A DNA stretch of 64,000 nt from an uncultured Candidatus Saccharibacteria bacterium (GCA_964591195.1 CAZPZY010000001.1:7111-71110); one strand, 5' to 3'; counted from the stretch's first letter, positions 28,794-38,401 are shown. The notes: a model not told the origin generated them from the letters alone. Program-made: numbers and translations.

Positions 28794-29768
28794 ATGAATG
28801 TTTTCAGCGGTATTAGACCAAGTGGGGACCTACATATTGGCAATTATTTTGGGGCAATGAGGCAATGGATTGAACTCCAGAACAAATACAACTGCCTGTT
28901 TTGCATTGTAGACCTCCATGCGATAACCACCCCTTATGAACCCAAGGACCTTCAGAAAAACATTCTGGAAACAGCAATTGCGTACCTTGCTGCTGGTTTA
29001 GACCCGGAAAAATGTATTCTTTTTGTTCAATCAGATGTCAAGGAGCACTGTGAGTTGGCTTGGCTTTTAGGGACAATTACTCCTCTTGGCGACCTAAAAA
29101 GAATGACCCAGTTTAAGGAGAAGTCAAAAAGATATCCTCAATACATCAATGCCGGGCTTCTCAACTATCCTGTTTTGATGGCTGCCGATATCCTGCTCTA
29201 TCAAACAACACTGGTGCCTGTAGGAAAAGACCAGGTCCAGCATATAGAACTAACAAGAGAAATCGCCAGGAGGTTCAACAAAACATTCGGAAACGCCTTC
29301 AAAGAGCCAAAAGCATTACTATCCCAGGGACAAAAAATTATGTCTTTAGACGAGCCCAGGAAAAAGATGTCAAAAACTGGGAGCCCGAAGGGATACATTG
29401 GGCTTTTTGAAGAACCATCAAAAATAAGAAAAAAAATAATGAGCGCTGTTACTGACAGCGGGAAAACAATAAAGTACGACACAAAGCGGAAACCAGGGAT
29501 TTCTAACCTTCTGACTATCTATTCCCTTGTTTCGGGAAAAGATATCAAGGTTTTAGAAAGAGAACTAAAGGGGAAGGGATATAGAGAACTAAAGAAAAAC
29601 CTTGCCTCTCTCTTAATAGATTTTTTATCTCCCTTTAGAAGAAAACACAAGGAGTTTCTCACCCGGCAGGTTTATGTAAGAGAAATCCTAAAAAGAGGAG
29701 CGCATCGCGCCCGGCTCCAGGCACAGTCTACAATCAAAAGAGTAAAAACAAAAATGGGACTAATGTAG
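28794..29768 (+). CDS. trpS: Tryptophanyl-tRNA synthetase
   Basis: FSGIRPSGDLHIGNY, YPVLMAADIL, VPVGKDQ, KMSK, AVTDS. Confidence 0.97.
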   Translation: MNVFSGIRPSGDLHIGNYFGAMRQWIELQNKYNCLFCIVDLHAITTPYEPKDLQKNILETAIAYLAAGLDPEKCILFVQSDVKEHCELAWLLGTITPLGDLKRMTQFKEKSKRYPQYINAGLLNYPVLMAADILLYQTTLVPVGKDQVQHIELTREIARRFNKTFGNAFKEPKALLSQGQKIMSLDEPRKKMSKTGSPKGYIGLFEEPSKIRKKIMSAVTDSGKTIKYDTKRKPGISNLLTIYSLVSGKDIKVLERELKGKGYRELKKNLASLLIDFLSPFRRKHKEFLTRQVYVREILKRGAHRARLQAQSTIKRVKTKMGLM

Positions 29769-29774
29769 GCTGCC

Positions 29775-29803
29775 TTTACATTTAGAAATTTTCCCTCTAT
29801 AAT
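29775..29803 (+). promoter_or_regulatory. Sigma70 promoter of the rib operon
   Basis: TTTACA-17 nt-TATAAT. Confidence 0.7.
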
Positions 29804-29833
29804 ATAATTAGATATTTGAATTTTGTTGATAAA

Positions 29834-29983
29834 ATTCCTTCGGGGTCGGGTGACCTCTCCTTGGCACAAAACTGCGGGAAGAGGAATTCCCAATCGGTGG
29901 TATAGCCCACGACTCTCGCCAAAAGCGGGACTGAACTGGTGAAATTCCAGTGCCGACCGTATAGTCGGGATGAAAGAAGGAAT
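29834..29983 (+). promoter_or_regulatory. FMN riboswitch (RFN element) with an extra hairpin in P2
   Basis: TCGGGGTCGGGTG...AATTCCCAATCGGTGGTATAGCCCACGA...GAACTGGTGAAATTCCAGTGCCGACCGTATAGTCGGGATGAAAGAAG, upstream of riboflavin genes. Confidence 0.92.
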
Positions 29984-29990
29984 ATTAACT

Positions 29991-30010
29991 GCCCCCGAAG
30001 GGGGCTTTTT
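29991..30010 (+). terminator. Riboswitch attenuator terminator
   Basis: GCCCCC-GAAG-GGGGC followed by a T-run just before the start codon. Confidence 0.85.
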
Positions 30011-30016
30011 AATTTT

Positions 30017-30595
30017 ATGTTTACTGGTATTATAAGCCATCTTGGGAAGCTAAAGAAGGTAAAACAATCAAGATATACCTTCTTTGCCCCTAAATCTCTT
30101 TTGAAAAAACTAAAAAAAGGAGGGAGTATAGCGGTCAATGGTGTTTGTCTGACAGTGGTCTCTTTGGGCAAAACAACCTTCTCGGTTGATGTAATGCCTG
30201 AAACAATAAAAAAGACCTCTCTCGGCGACCTGAAGCCCGGAGATTATGTCAATCTGGAAAGACCTGTCTCGGCCAGAGGTCTTTTTGAAGGACATATCGT
30301 ATTGGGGCATATTGATCAAACAGGTACAATTGTTTCTATTAGAAAACAAGGAAACAGTTGGATCTTCAGGTTCAAGGCTCCACCTTCTGTTTTGAAATAT
30401 CTGGTCAATAAGGGCTCAGTGGCAATCAATGGCATATCCTTGACAGTAATTAAAACAGAGAAAGATTCTTTTACCGTAGGAATTATTCCCCATACCTGGA
30501 AAAAGACAATGCTTCACTTTGCTAAACCAGGAGATAGGGTAAACATTGAGGTGGATATTCTTGCCAAGCATATCAAAAAATTTCTTAAAGGATAG
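30017..30595 (+). CDS. ribE: Riboflavin synthase alpha chain
   Basis: MFTGII start at 30017, SIAVNGVCLTV, VNLER, GHIVLGHID, IIPHT, VNIEVD. Confidence 0.96.
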   Translation: MFTGIISHLGKLKKVKQSRYTFFAPKSLLKKLKKGGSIAVNGVCLTVVSLGKTTFSVDVMPETIKKTSLGDLKPGDYVNLERPVSARGLFEGHIVLGHIDQTGTIVSIRKQGNSWIFRFKAPPSVLKYLVNKGSVAINGISLTVIKTEKDSFTVGIIPHTWKKTMLHFAKPGDRVNIEVDILAKHIKKFLKG

Positions 30596-30662
30596 TACAT
30601 ATTCGGCAGTAGCCGAACAAACCCTAAAACAAAGGGTCGGTTAAAAAAGAAGAACAACAAAA

Positions 30663-31079
30663 ATGAAGAAAAACAAAAAAATCGCCATTATTGTCAGCCA
30701 GTATTGGAAGGAACTGACCCAAAAATTGCTTAATTCCTGCCTTAAAGAACTAAAAAAAGAGGGGATATCTCAAAAGCAGGTTGATGTCTTCAAGGTCCCC
30801 GGCTCTCTTGAAATTCCTCTTCTGGCAAAAAAATTGGCTAAAAAAAGAAAATACAAAGGACTTATAGCCCTAGGCGTGGTGCTCAAGGGGAAGACCCTTC
30901 ATTTCGAACAGGTCTCTCAGGAGTGCATAAGGGGATGTATGAAGGTTTCCTACGATTACGAGGTGCCAGTTGCATTTGAGGTTATTTGCGCCTACAAAAA
31001 GAAAGATGTTTTAAAAAGAACAGCTCGGAGGGGCAAAGAAGCGGCCTTGGCGGTTTTGGAAATGATTAGATTGTTATGA
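30663..31079 (+). CDS. ribH: 6,7-dimethyl-8-ribityllumazine synthase
   Basis: IAIIVSQY, VPGSLEIP, ALGVVLKGKTLHFE. Confidence 0.94.
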   Translation: MKKNKKIAIIVSQYWKELTQKLLNSCLKELKKEGISQKQVDVFKVPGSLEIPLLAKKLAKKRKYKGLIALGVVLKGKTLHFEQVSQECIRGCMKVSYDYEVPVAFEVICAYKKKDVLKRTARRGKEAALAVLEMIRLL

Positions 31080-31705
31080 ATCCATTTTCTTCAATACCAG
31101 AAGCCGTAAAAGAATTTAAAAGAGGAAATGCCCTGATTGTCCTTGATAGTCCAAGGAGGGAAAATCAAGCAGACCTCATTTTTGCTGGAGAGAAAATTAC
31201 TCCTAAAAAAATCAATTTTCTTCTTAAAAACTGCCGTGGACTTATCTGCGCTGCCATCTCAAAAGAAATAGCCACTAAATTAAAAGTCCCTCTAATGGTC
31301 AGTCCGGCAGAGAATAAAGAAAAAACCGGCGTCCAGTTCATGGTCTCTGTTGATGCCAAAAATGTAAACTCCTTTGGCATCTCCTCTTCTGACCGAGCAA
31401 AAACAATAAAAGTACTTGCCAGGCCAAACTCAACCCCTGAGGATCTAGTCAGACCAGGCCACGTCTTTCCTCTTTTGGCAAGAGAGAGGGGGGTGTTAGA
31501 AAGACAGGGCCACACCGAGGCAGCAGTGGATCTGGCTAAACTATCGGGGCTGTCGCCGGTTGGTGTCTTGTCTGAAATTTTAGACGAAAACGGCGAACCA
31601 GCCCGGCTGCCCGAGTTGATAAGGTTCTCTATTAGGTTCAAAATAAAAATCATCACCATTGAAGACCTTTTCAGATACCTAAAGAAACATCCCCTCCGGT
31701 CATAA
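31076..31705 (+). CDS. ribB: 3,4-dihydroxy-2-butanone 4-phosphate synthase
   Basis: DSPRRENQADL, GISSSDRA, RPGHVFPL, RQGHTEAAVDL. Confidence 0.94.
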   Translation: MNPFSSIPEAVKEFKRGNALIVLDSPRRENQADLIFAGEKITPKKINFLLKNCRGLICAAISKEIATKLKVPLMVSPAENKEKTGVQFMVSVDAKNVNSFGISSSDRAKTIKVLARPNSTPEDLVRPGHVFPLLARERGVLERQGHTEAAVDLAKLSGLSPVGVLSEILDENGEPARLPELIRFSIRFKIKIITIEDLFRYLKKHPLRS

Positions 31706-31856
31706 TAACCAGAACTGTCCGTGCCAAGGGGCTTGGCCAACTAATCAAATTGTTGGGCAGGGCATTATTTAAAATTGCCCAACCAAATCCTTTCGGCCAG
31801 ACTTTAGAACATTCTGCCTTCTTGATTATTAAAGAAAGGCCTGCTATAATAGAGAT

Positions 31857-32261
31857 ATGCGTTTTTATGAACTTACATTCCTTATCTCTGCTGATGTCTC
31901 TGAGGAAGAAATAAAAAATCTGAGAGAAAAAATTACTTCGCTGGTCCAGAAAGAAGGAGTTCTAATCAATGGCCCCTTCTTCCAGAAAAGGCCGCTCGCT
32001 TACCCTATAAAAAAGCGGGACTGGGCCATTTTTGGAACCCTTGACTTCCAAATGAAGCCCAATGCCCTGATTAAGTTTGAAAGGAGGTTAAAGTCAGACC
32101 CTCGCATTCTCCGCTATCTCTTGATAAGAGAGGAAGAATGGAAAAGGGCAACCAGGACACCGCAGCCCTCTGTTCTCAAGAAAAAAACCAAAATATATAA
32201 GAGGGAAAAGGTCGAATTGAAGGAAATAGATAAAAAATTGGAAGAGATATTAGGGAAATAA
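31857..32261 (+). CDS. rpsF: 30S ribosomal protein S6
   Basis: MRFYELTFLI, LAYPIKK, ILRYL. First gene of rpsF-ssb-rpsR. Promoter TTGATT-17-TATAAT ends 6 nt upstream. Confidence 0.93.
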   Translation: MRFYELTFLISADVSEEEIKNLREKITSLVQKEGVLINGPFFQKRPLAYPIKKRDWAIFGTLDFQMKPNALIKFERRLKSDPRILRYLLIREEEWKRATRTPQPSVLKKKTKIYKREKVELKEIDKKLEEILGK

Positions 32262-32262
32262 T

Positions 32263-32697
32263 ATGAATCTTAACAAGGCCTTCTTAATCGGCCGTTTAAC
32301 TGCTGACCCTCAAACAAAAAACCTCCCCTCAGGCACCCAGGTCTGCAATTTTGGATTAGCCACCGACAGATACTTTACTGACAAGTCCGGTCAAAAGCAG
32401 AAACAAACCGATTTTCATAACATTGTTGCCTTTGGGAAATTGGCTGAGATCATCTCTCAATATCTAACAAAGGGAGGCCTTGTCTTTATTGAGGGTCGGA
32501 TTAGAACAAGAAGTTGGGAGGATGCCTCTGGTCAAAAAAGATACCGGACAGAAATCATTGCTGAAAGAATCCAGCTGGGACCAAAAACGGCTGGGAGAGA
32601 AATCCCGCCAGAGCCAGTCCCGGAACCGGAGGTTAAAGAGGAAATCCCTATTGTAGAAGAAAATGAAGAGATTAATGTAAAGGATATACCCCTTTAA
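32263..32697 (+). CDS. ssb: Single-stranded DNA-binding protein
   Basis: NKAFLIGRLTADP, FIEGRIRTRSW and an acidic tail ending DIPL. Confidence 0.96.
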   Translation: MNLNKAFLIGRLTADPQTKNLPSGTQVCNFGLATDRYFTDKSGQKQKQTDFHNIVAFGKLAEIISQYLTKGGLVFIEGRIRTRSWEDASGQKRYRTEIIAERIQLGPKTAGREIPPEPVPEPEVKEEIPIVEENEEINVKDIPL

Positions 32698-32748
32698 TAG
32701 AATCGCAAAATCAAGGTTCAAGAATTAGAATTTACGATTTTAAATATT

Positions 32749-32946
32749 ATGGCTTGCTACTTTTGCCAAAGAAATATAAAAGAAATCAACTTTAAGGACG
32801 TTGAACTCCTGAAGAGGTATATTTCCAGTTTAGCCAAGATAAAGGGAAGAAAAAAAACCGGCGTTTGCGCCAGTCATCAAAGGAAGTTATCTAAGGCAAT
32901 AAAAAGAGCCAGATATCTTGGTCTTCTTCCCTATGTTACAAAGTGA
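32749..32946 (+). CDS. rpsR: 30S ribosomal protein S18
   Basis: CYFC, TGVCASHQR, AIKRARYLGLLPY. Confidence 0.96.
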   Translation: MACYFCQRNIKEINFKDVELLKRYISSLAKIKGRKKTGVCASHQRKLSKAIKRARYLGLLPYVTK

Positions 32947-32949
32947 GGC

Positions 32950-33945
32950 CTAGCCTTGAACTCCCTTTTTTTGAAGTATCTCCTTTTTAATTTGTTCGGC
33001 GATTTCCGGATTTTCCTTTAAAAATCGCTTGCTTGCTTCCATCCCCTGGCCTAGTTTCTTGTTCCCGTATTGAAGCCAACTGCCGGATTTTTTTATCACT
33101 CCAAATCCTACTCCTGTATTGATTAGGTCAGCCATCTTGGATATTCCTTCGTTATAGTATATGTCAAACTCGGTGGTCTTAAATGGTGGAGCCACCTTAT
33201 TCTTGACTATCTTCGCCTTAATTCTGCTCCCAATGATTTCATCGCCGTGTTTTATTTGGGCAATTCTTCTTAGGTTAATTCTCACCGAGGCATAAAACTT
33301 AAGGGCCAGTCCTCCTGGGGTTGTTTCAGGACTACCAAACCGCACCCCAACCTTCATCCTTGTCTGGTTGATAAAGATGACAATGGTCTTGGTCTTTGAA
33401 ATAATGCCAGAAAGTTTCCTTAGGGCTTGACTCATCAAGCGTGCCTGAAGACCAACCTGAAAATCACCCATGTCTCCAGTAATCTCTGCCTGGGGAACCA
33501 AGGCAGCAACAGAATCAACAACAATTACGTCTACCTTTCCGGATTTGGTCAATGTTTCAACAATCTGAAGCGCCTGTTCCCCGGAACTGGGCTGGGAAAT
33601 AAGAAGGTCGTCAACATTAACTCCAATCCTTCTCGCATAATCAGGATCCAGGGCATGCTCAGCATCAACAAATGCCCCCACCCCTTTTTGTTTCTGTGCC
33701 TCAGCCAAGATATGAAGAGCTAGGGTGGTCTTCCCAGAGCTTTCTGGCCCGTATATCTCAACCACCCTGCCCCGCGGCACCCCTCCTACTCCCAGAGCCA
33801 TATCCAAAGAAATAGAGCCGGTTGGTACCGCATCAACCTCAACAGGCCTTACCTCCTTCAGTTTCATTATCGTCCCTTGCCCAAACCGGCGATTGATTTC
33901 CTCAATCGTTTCCTCTAAGCCCTCTTTTCTCTCCTCTTTTTTCAT
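32950..33945 (-). CDS. recA: Recombinase A
   Basis: [56 protein letters not shown]. Confidence 0.99.
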   Translation of the reverse strand: MKKEERKEGLEETIEEINRRFGQGTIMKLKEVRPVEVDAVPTGSISLDMALGVGGVPRGRVVEIYGPESSGKTTLALHILAEAQKQKGVGAFVDAEHALDPDYARRIGVNVDDLLISQPSSGEQALQIVETLTKSGKVDVIVVDSVAALVPQAEITGDMGDFQVGLQARLMSQALRKLSGIISKTKTIVIFINQTRMKVGVRFGSPETTPGGLALKFYASVRINLRRIAQIKHGDEIIGSRIKAKIVKNKVAPPFKTTEFDIYYNEGISKMADLINTGVGFGVIKKSGSWLQYGNKKLGQGMEASKRFLKENPEIAEQIKKEILQKKGVQG

Positions 33946-33999
33946 CTTGGTCCTTTCATTTTATCCCTTTGGCTTCTTCCTGTCAAACACAATATCCTG

Positions 34000-35259
34000 T
34001 TAAAACAACACTCCCTGCTCGCCTGAAAAATTTTTTCTCTCTTCTTCTGAAAAAACCCTTATCCTCCCGTACACACCGTCATAGCCCGGCTCTCTTATTA
34101 CCTGTCCCTCTCTTGCCCTTATTATCCCCTCGGCAAGTTCTGGCAAGGTAATTCTTTCCAGGTCCTCCCTCTTTGCTTTTAATAAAACATTGAATTCTGA
34201 ACCAAATCTTTTAATTAATTTTTTGTATTCCTTTTCTACCTGAATTGTCTCAGGTCCCACCCCAAACACCTCAGAAATAATCTCAGCCAAAGGAATCAAG
34301 CTCTTAAAGGGAATAGCCCCTTTGGGATGAAAACCAACAGGTCTGTCAGCCAATTGCTCAACCCGATTTAAAACCCCAATCGTTAAAGGTCTACCGCAGC
34401 GGGGGCAGATCCCATTATATTTTTTGGTCTCATGAGGAGAAAGGGAGATATGGCAAAGCCGGTGACCGTCGTAATGATACTTCCCTTCCTCTGGATAGAA
34501 TTCAATGGTGTATAAAAATTTTTTGGGGTCCTTTCTTTTTACTGCTTCTATAATTGAAAAATAATTTAACTCTGTGTCAAAGACATTTGCCTCCCGTCCA
34601 ATTTTTTGGGGGCTATGGGCATCAGAATTTGAAATCAAACTAATCCTTCGGCCATCTGGAATTCGCCAAAGCATTGCCGGGTCAGCGCTTAGTCCTGTCT
34701 CTCCGGCATAGATGTACCTTGAATGCTCCTCAAAACACTCCTCTAAAGAATCAAATCCAGAACGAGAGCCAAAAAGAGAAAACCAAGGGGTCATCAGGTG
34801 GGCTCCAAGGACCAAACAATTTTCAGAGGTATTCAAAACAATCTTCGCCAGTTCCTTAGCGTCCAGTCCTAAAATAGGCCTGCCATCTGCTTTCAAATTG
34901 CCAATCAGAGACAATCGGGCATTGATTTTTTCAACAATCTCAAGAGAAGGAGAAAATATCAAAATATGGATTTTTCTTACCCTTCCTCCCTTGGAATAAA
35001 TACAACTGACCTCAGTAGTTAAAATAAAGCGTATCTGCTCAGGACCCGAGAACTGATGCCTTAATCTATATAGCCCTGGCTCTGCCGGCTCTAATTTCTC
35101 TTTTAGGTTCTTAAACCACTCAGGATGGGTATAATCTCCAGTCGCTATAACCTTTATTCCTTTAATCTCAGCCCACTTGGCTATATTCTCTAAATCCATC
35201 TGTGGGCTTGTTGCCCGAGAGTATCTGCTGTGAATATGGAAATCAGCAATAAAGTGCAT
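34000..35259 (-). CDS. PHP-domain endonuclease Q-family protein
   Basis: ADFHIHSRYSRATS, TGDYTHP, ETGLSAD, SNSDAHS, GKYHYDGHRxC, CPRCG, GYDGVYG. Confidence 0.85.
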   Translation of the reverse strand: MHFIADFHIHSRYSRATSPQMDLENIAKWAEIKGIKVIATGDYTHPEWFKNLKEKLEPAEPGLYRLRHQFSGPEQIRFILTTEVSCIYSKGGRVRKIHILIFSPSLEIVEKINARLSLIGNLKADGRPILGLDAKELAKIVLNTSENCLVLGAHLMTPWFSLFGSRSGFDSLEECFEEHSRYIYAGETGLSADPAMLWRIPDGRRISLISNSDAHSPQKIGREANVFDTELNYFSIIEAVKRKDPKKFLYTIEFYPEEGKYHYDGHRLCHISLSPHETKKYNGICPRCGRPLTIGVLNRVEQLADRPVGFHPKGAIPFKSLIPLAEIISEVFGVGPETIQVEKEYKKLIKRFGSEFNVLLKAKREDLERITLPELAEGIIRAREGQVIREPGYDGVYGRIRVFSEEERKNFSGEQGVLF

Positions 35260-35279
35260 TTTAACCAACGCCTACAACG

Positions 35280-36419
35280 TCATCCTTTTATTTTTCCTTC
35301 CCTGTCTATCTGCCTCTTTAATATCCGGGTATCAGAAATTGGCTTTCCGTCTTCGGCTAAAACAAACCTTATTTTTACAATCTTGATTGGCTTCTTTTTT
35401 AACTGCCTTCTCTTTTGGTTAATCAAAAGAGCCGTCTTTTCGGTCTCTGGCGAAACCACGATATAATCAAAATCCTCTTCAATAGTGGAACCAACTCTGT
35501 CTTCAATCTTGACAATCTCTGCCTCTTTATTAAATTCCTTTTTTACAAATGCCTCCAGCGCCTTCTTTCTTGCCTCAAATTTTTTTACCTTTCTTTTTTT
35601 TAGGGATTTAGCCATTTTGTCTGAGGTCAGCCCAATAAAAACATCGCCTAAATCAAAAGCCTTTTTTAGCAATCTTCTATGCCCTCGATGAATAACCTCA
35701 AATGTTCCCCCAACAACAACCCGGGGGTTTGCCAAAATTGTTCCCCTAAAGGACTCCCTCCTTAGCAGCCTCTTTAGGTTATCCAGATTGCTGCTGACAG
35801 TAATGACCCTTAGTCCCTGTCTTTTTGCCAGCCGCGCAGCAACCGGATCCACTGGGGTGTGGAGCCCCGGGGACCACCTGCTTGGAATTAGTTTCAAGTA
35901 ATCATCCCAAAAGAGCTTCTTTATTGGCCTGGCTTTTGGGTCCTTCTTAATATCTGCCGTGTAAACATAGCCTGCCTCACTCAAATTAATAACCTCCCTT
36001 ATTCCAAAATCAAGAGCAATCTGACAGGCAACATAATCAGTAGACCATCCCGGTCTCCAACCAGAAGCAATTATTATTGAATGGGAATCAAAACTGAGCA
36101 CCTTGCCCCTTTCATCTAAAATAACTGGCTCGGCATAATCTTTAAAAATTGTTCTTAAAAAATGGGCATTGAGACGGGTTGCGTGAATCCCCAGCCAGTC
36201 CTTATCTTCATCTTTTACCCAGGTGATTCTCTTGGCCGCCTCCTGATAGCGACGGGTAATCCCTCCCCCTCCAGGAACAATAATAAACCTCTTTCCTCTC
36301 TTTATCTCCCTTTTTATAAAAAGAGAAAATCTTTTTAGAAAAGAAACATTGATGCTGTCATCCGGAAAGGCAATGGAGCCGCCTAACGCAATAACAAAAA
36401 TTTTACTCTTAAATACCAT
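35280..36419 (-). CDS. Fusion of archaeal-type UMP kinase and archaeal/eukaryote-type phosphopantetheine adenylyltransferase
   Basis: N part: ALGGS, GGG, DWLGIHATRLNA, PGWSTD, VYTAD, PVDPVAA. C part: VVGGTFEVIHRGH, GLTSD, IVVSPET, AEDGKPISDTRI. Confidence 0.85.
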   Translation of the reverse strand: MVFKSKIFVIALGGSIAFPDDSINVSFLKRFSLFIKREIKRGKRFIIVPGGGGITRRYQEAAKRITWVKDEDKDWLGIHATRLNAHFLRTIFKDYAEPVILDERGKVLSFDSHSIIIASGWRPGWSTDYVACQIALDFGIREVINLSEAGYVYTADIKKDPKARPIKKLFWDDYLKLIPSRWSPGLHTPVDPVAARLAKRQGLRVITVSSNLDNLKRLLRRESFRGTILANPRVVVGGTFEVIHRGHRRLLKKAFDLGDVFIGLTSDKMAKSLKKRKVKKFEARKKALEAFVKKEFNKEAEIVKIEDRVGSTIEEDFDYIVVSPETEKTALLINQKRRQLKKKPIKIVKIRFVLAEDGKPISDTRILKRQIDREGKIKG

Positions 36420-36524
36420 TTGTAGTTGTCAGATAATTTGGTAATATTTATAATGCCTAGGCTGTCACTGAGCGCCTTGTTCTCAGATTATCTGTTATAA
36501 TAACATTTTTGAAAAGATATTCCA

Positions 36525-36932
36525 ATGAAAAAAACAGAGGTCAAAAAGGTAATCAGGGGAAAGGGAAGAGGAAGGCGCCTGGGGTTTCCGACCCTTAACT
36601 TTCCCTTAGAAAAAGATGAAAAAATAAAAAGGGGGGTCTGGGTAATAATTCTGGAGACAAAAAGCGGATCTTTTCCAGGGATTGCCAATGTCGGAAGGCC
36701 AGAAACATTCCTAGAGAACAGAGAAACAATTGAGGCCCATCTCCTTTCCCACCCCAAAGAAACAATAAAAGAGGCAAAGATTGTTTTCTTTAAATATCTA
36801 AGGAAGACAAAAAAATTTAATGACACTAAAGGCCTAAAAAACCAAATAAAAAAAGATATTGAACAAACAATCTCTTTTTTCAGGAAAGAGCGCAAAAGGG
36901 CCCACACATTGAACATTCCTTCCTCTTTTTAA
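36525..36932 (+). CDS. Stand-alone riboflavin kinase domain
   Basis: VIRGKGRGRRLGFPTLN, ANVG, IEAHLL, YLRKTKKF...QIKKDI. No FAD synthetase domain. Confidence 0.88.
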   Translation: MKKTEVKKVIRGKGRGRRLGFPTLNFPLEKDEKIKRGVWVIILETKSGSFPGIANVGRPETFLENRETIEAHLLSHPKETIKEAKIVFFKYLRKTKKFNDTKGLKNQIKKDIEQTISFFRKERKRAHTLNIPSSF

Positions 36933-38136
36933 GTTGAGGGTTTTTTTGAAATTCTTTTTTCACCAACTCCCAAAACCTCTTTTGGTCAAGAACATATTTG
37001 CCCATTTCCTCCCAATCTACCCTTGCCCTTGCTCTAGCCATCTTCTTGTCCCTTAATATGGCTTTTTTATTTCCTCTGGCAATATCAGCAATATGGGCGG
37101 CGAGTTTGGTTACGACAACCCCCTCTCTGACATCCTCGACCTCAGGCAAGCCAATATGTTCTTTTGGGGTTACATAACAAAGGAAATCAGCGCCGAGGGC
37201 GCCAGCAAGGGCGCCACCGATGGCACAGCCAATATGGTCATAGCCAGCACCAATATCAGTAGGTAGAGGTCCTAAAACATAAAATGGGGCTGAATGACAA
37301 TATCTCTTTTCTAATTTAACATTTTCCTCAATCTCACTGAGGGGAATATGTCCTGGTCCTTCTATCATTACCTGAACGCCTGCTCTTCTGGCTCTTTTAG
37401 CCAGTTCTCCCAATGTTTTCAGTTCCTCAATCTGCGCCTTATCTGTAGCGTCTGCCAGACACCCTGGCCTTAGTCCATCTCCCAAACTCAGGGTAACATC
37501 ATATTCGGCGGCTATTTCAAGAATTCTGTCAAAATACTGATAAAGAAAGTTTTCTTTGCCATGATAGGTCATCCATTTTAACAAAAGAGACCCTCCCCGG
37601 CTGACAGATTTTATCACCCTCTTTTTAAGCAGGGGAATGGTCCTTTTTGTTACCCCCGCATGAACAGTGGCAAAATCAACCCCGTCCCGTGCCTGCTTCT
37701 CGAAAGCCTGAAGGTAACGGTCAAGGGTAAGAAATGGCAGTCCTTTTGATTCCACCACTGCCTGATAAATAGGCACGGTCCCAAAGGGACAAGGGCATTT
37801 TTTAATAAGGGTTCTTCTGATTTTGTCAATGTCTCCTCCCGTGCTCAAATCCATTATAGTATCAGTTCCTCCTTCAAGGGCCATCTTTAATTTCTCTACC
37901 TCCTTCTTTCTATCAACCCTTACTGGCGATGTTCCTATATTGACATTAACCTTTACCCTCAATCCCTTGCCTATACCAATGGGCTTTAAGCCCCTATGCC
38001 TTCTATTTGCCGGGATAACCACCAGCCCCCTTTTTATCTTTTCTCTTAAATCCTCCGGGTCAATACCTTCCTCCCTGGCAACCTTTCTCATTTCTTTTGT
38101 AATTTCCCCTTTTTTTGCTTCTTGAAGTTGAGTCAT
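36880..38136 (-). CDS. thiC: Phosphomethylpyrimidine synthase ThiC (ThiC/Bza family)
   Basis: VNVNIGTS, MDLSTGG, GTVPIYQ, VSRGGS, SLGDGLRPG, IEGPGH, YVTPKEH, CSMCGPFC. Confidence 0.92.
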   Translation of the reverse strand: MTQLQEAKKGEITKEMRKVAREEGIDPEDLREKIKRGLVVIPANRRHRGLKPIGIGKGLRVKVNVNIGTSPVRVDRKKEVEKLKMALEGGTDTIMDLSTGGDIDKIRRTLIKKCPCPFGTVPIYQAVVESKGLPFLTLDRYLQAFEKQARDGVDFATVHAGVTKRTIPLLKKRVIKSVSRGGSLLLKWMTYHGKENFLYQYFDRILEIAAEYDVTLSLGDGLRPGCLADATDKAQIEELKTLGELAKRARRAGVQVMIEGPGHIPLSEIEENVKLEKRYCHSAPFYVLGPLPTDIGAGYDHIGCAIGGALAGALGADFLCYVTPKEHIGLPEVEDVREGVVVTKLAAHIADIARGNKKAILRDKKMARARARVDWEEMGKYVLDQKRFWELVKKEFQKNPQLKKRKECSMCGPFCALS

Positions 38137-38164
38137 AATTTCTATGGATTGGCTGGCTTAAGTG

Positions 38165-38401
38165 CCAAATTAAAATCAATAATTTAAAATCCCAAATCTC
38201 AAAGCTTAGATAAATCCGAATCTCGAATATCGAAATCCGAAACAAATTCGAATGTTCAAATGCTCAAAATTAAATGCAAAATGCAAATCTCAAAAATCAA
38301 AATGAAAGATTAAAATGCAAAAAGAATTCTCTTTGATTTTTTCTTTTTCATTTTGCATTTTGATTTTTGATTTTTGATTTGGTTTGGATTTGAATTTCGA
38401 A
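38165..38401. repeat. Heptamer-repeat palindromic element, copy A
   Basis: CAAAATG/CAAAAAT-type arm facing a TTTTGCA/TTTTTGA arm. About 170 bp nearly identical to 61164-61330. Confidence 0.8.

Noticed and set aside
29939-30016. N-terminal extension of riboflavin synthase given in the ORF track
   Set aside because: It lies within the FMN riboswitch and terminator. The conserved MFTG start is at 30017.
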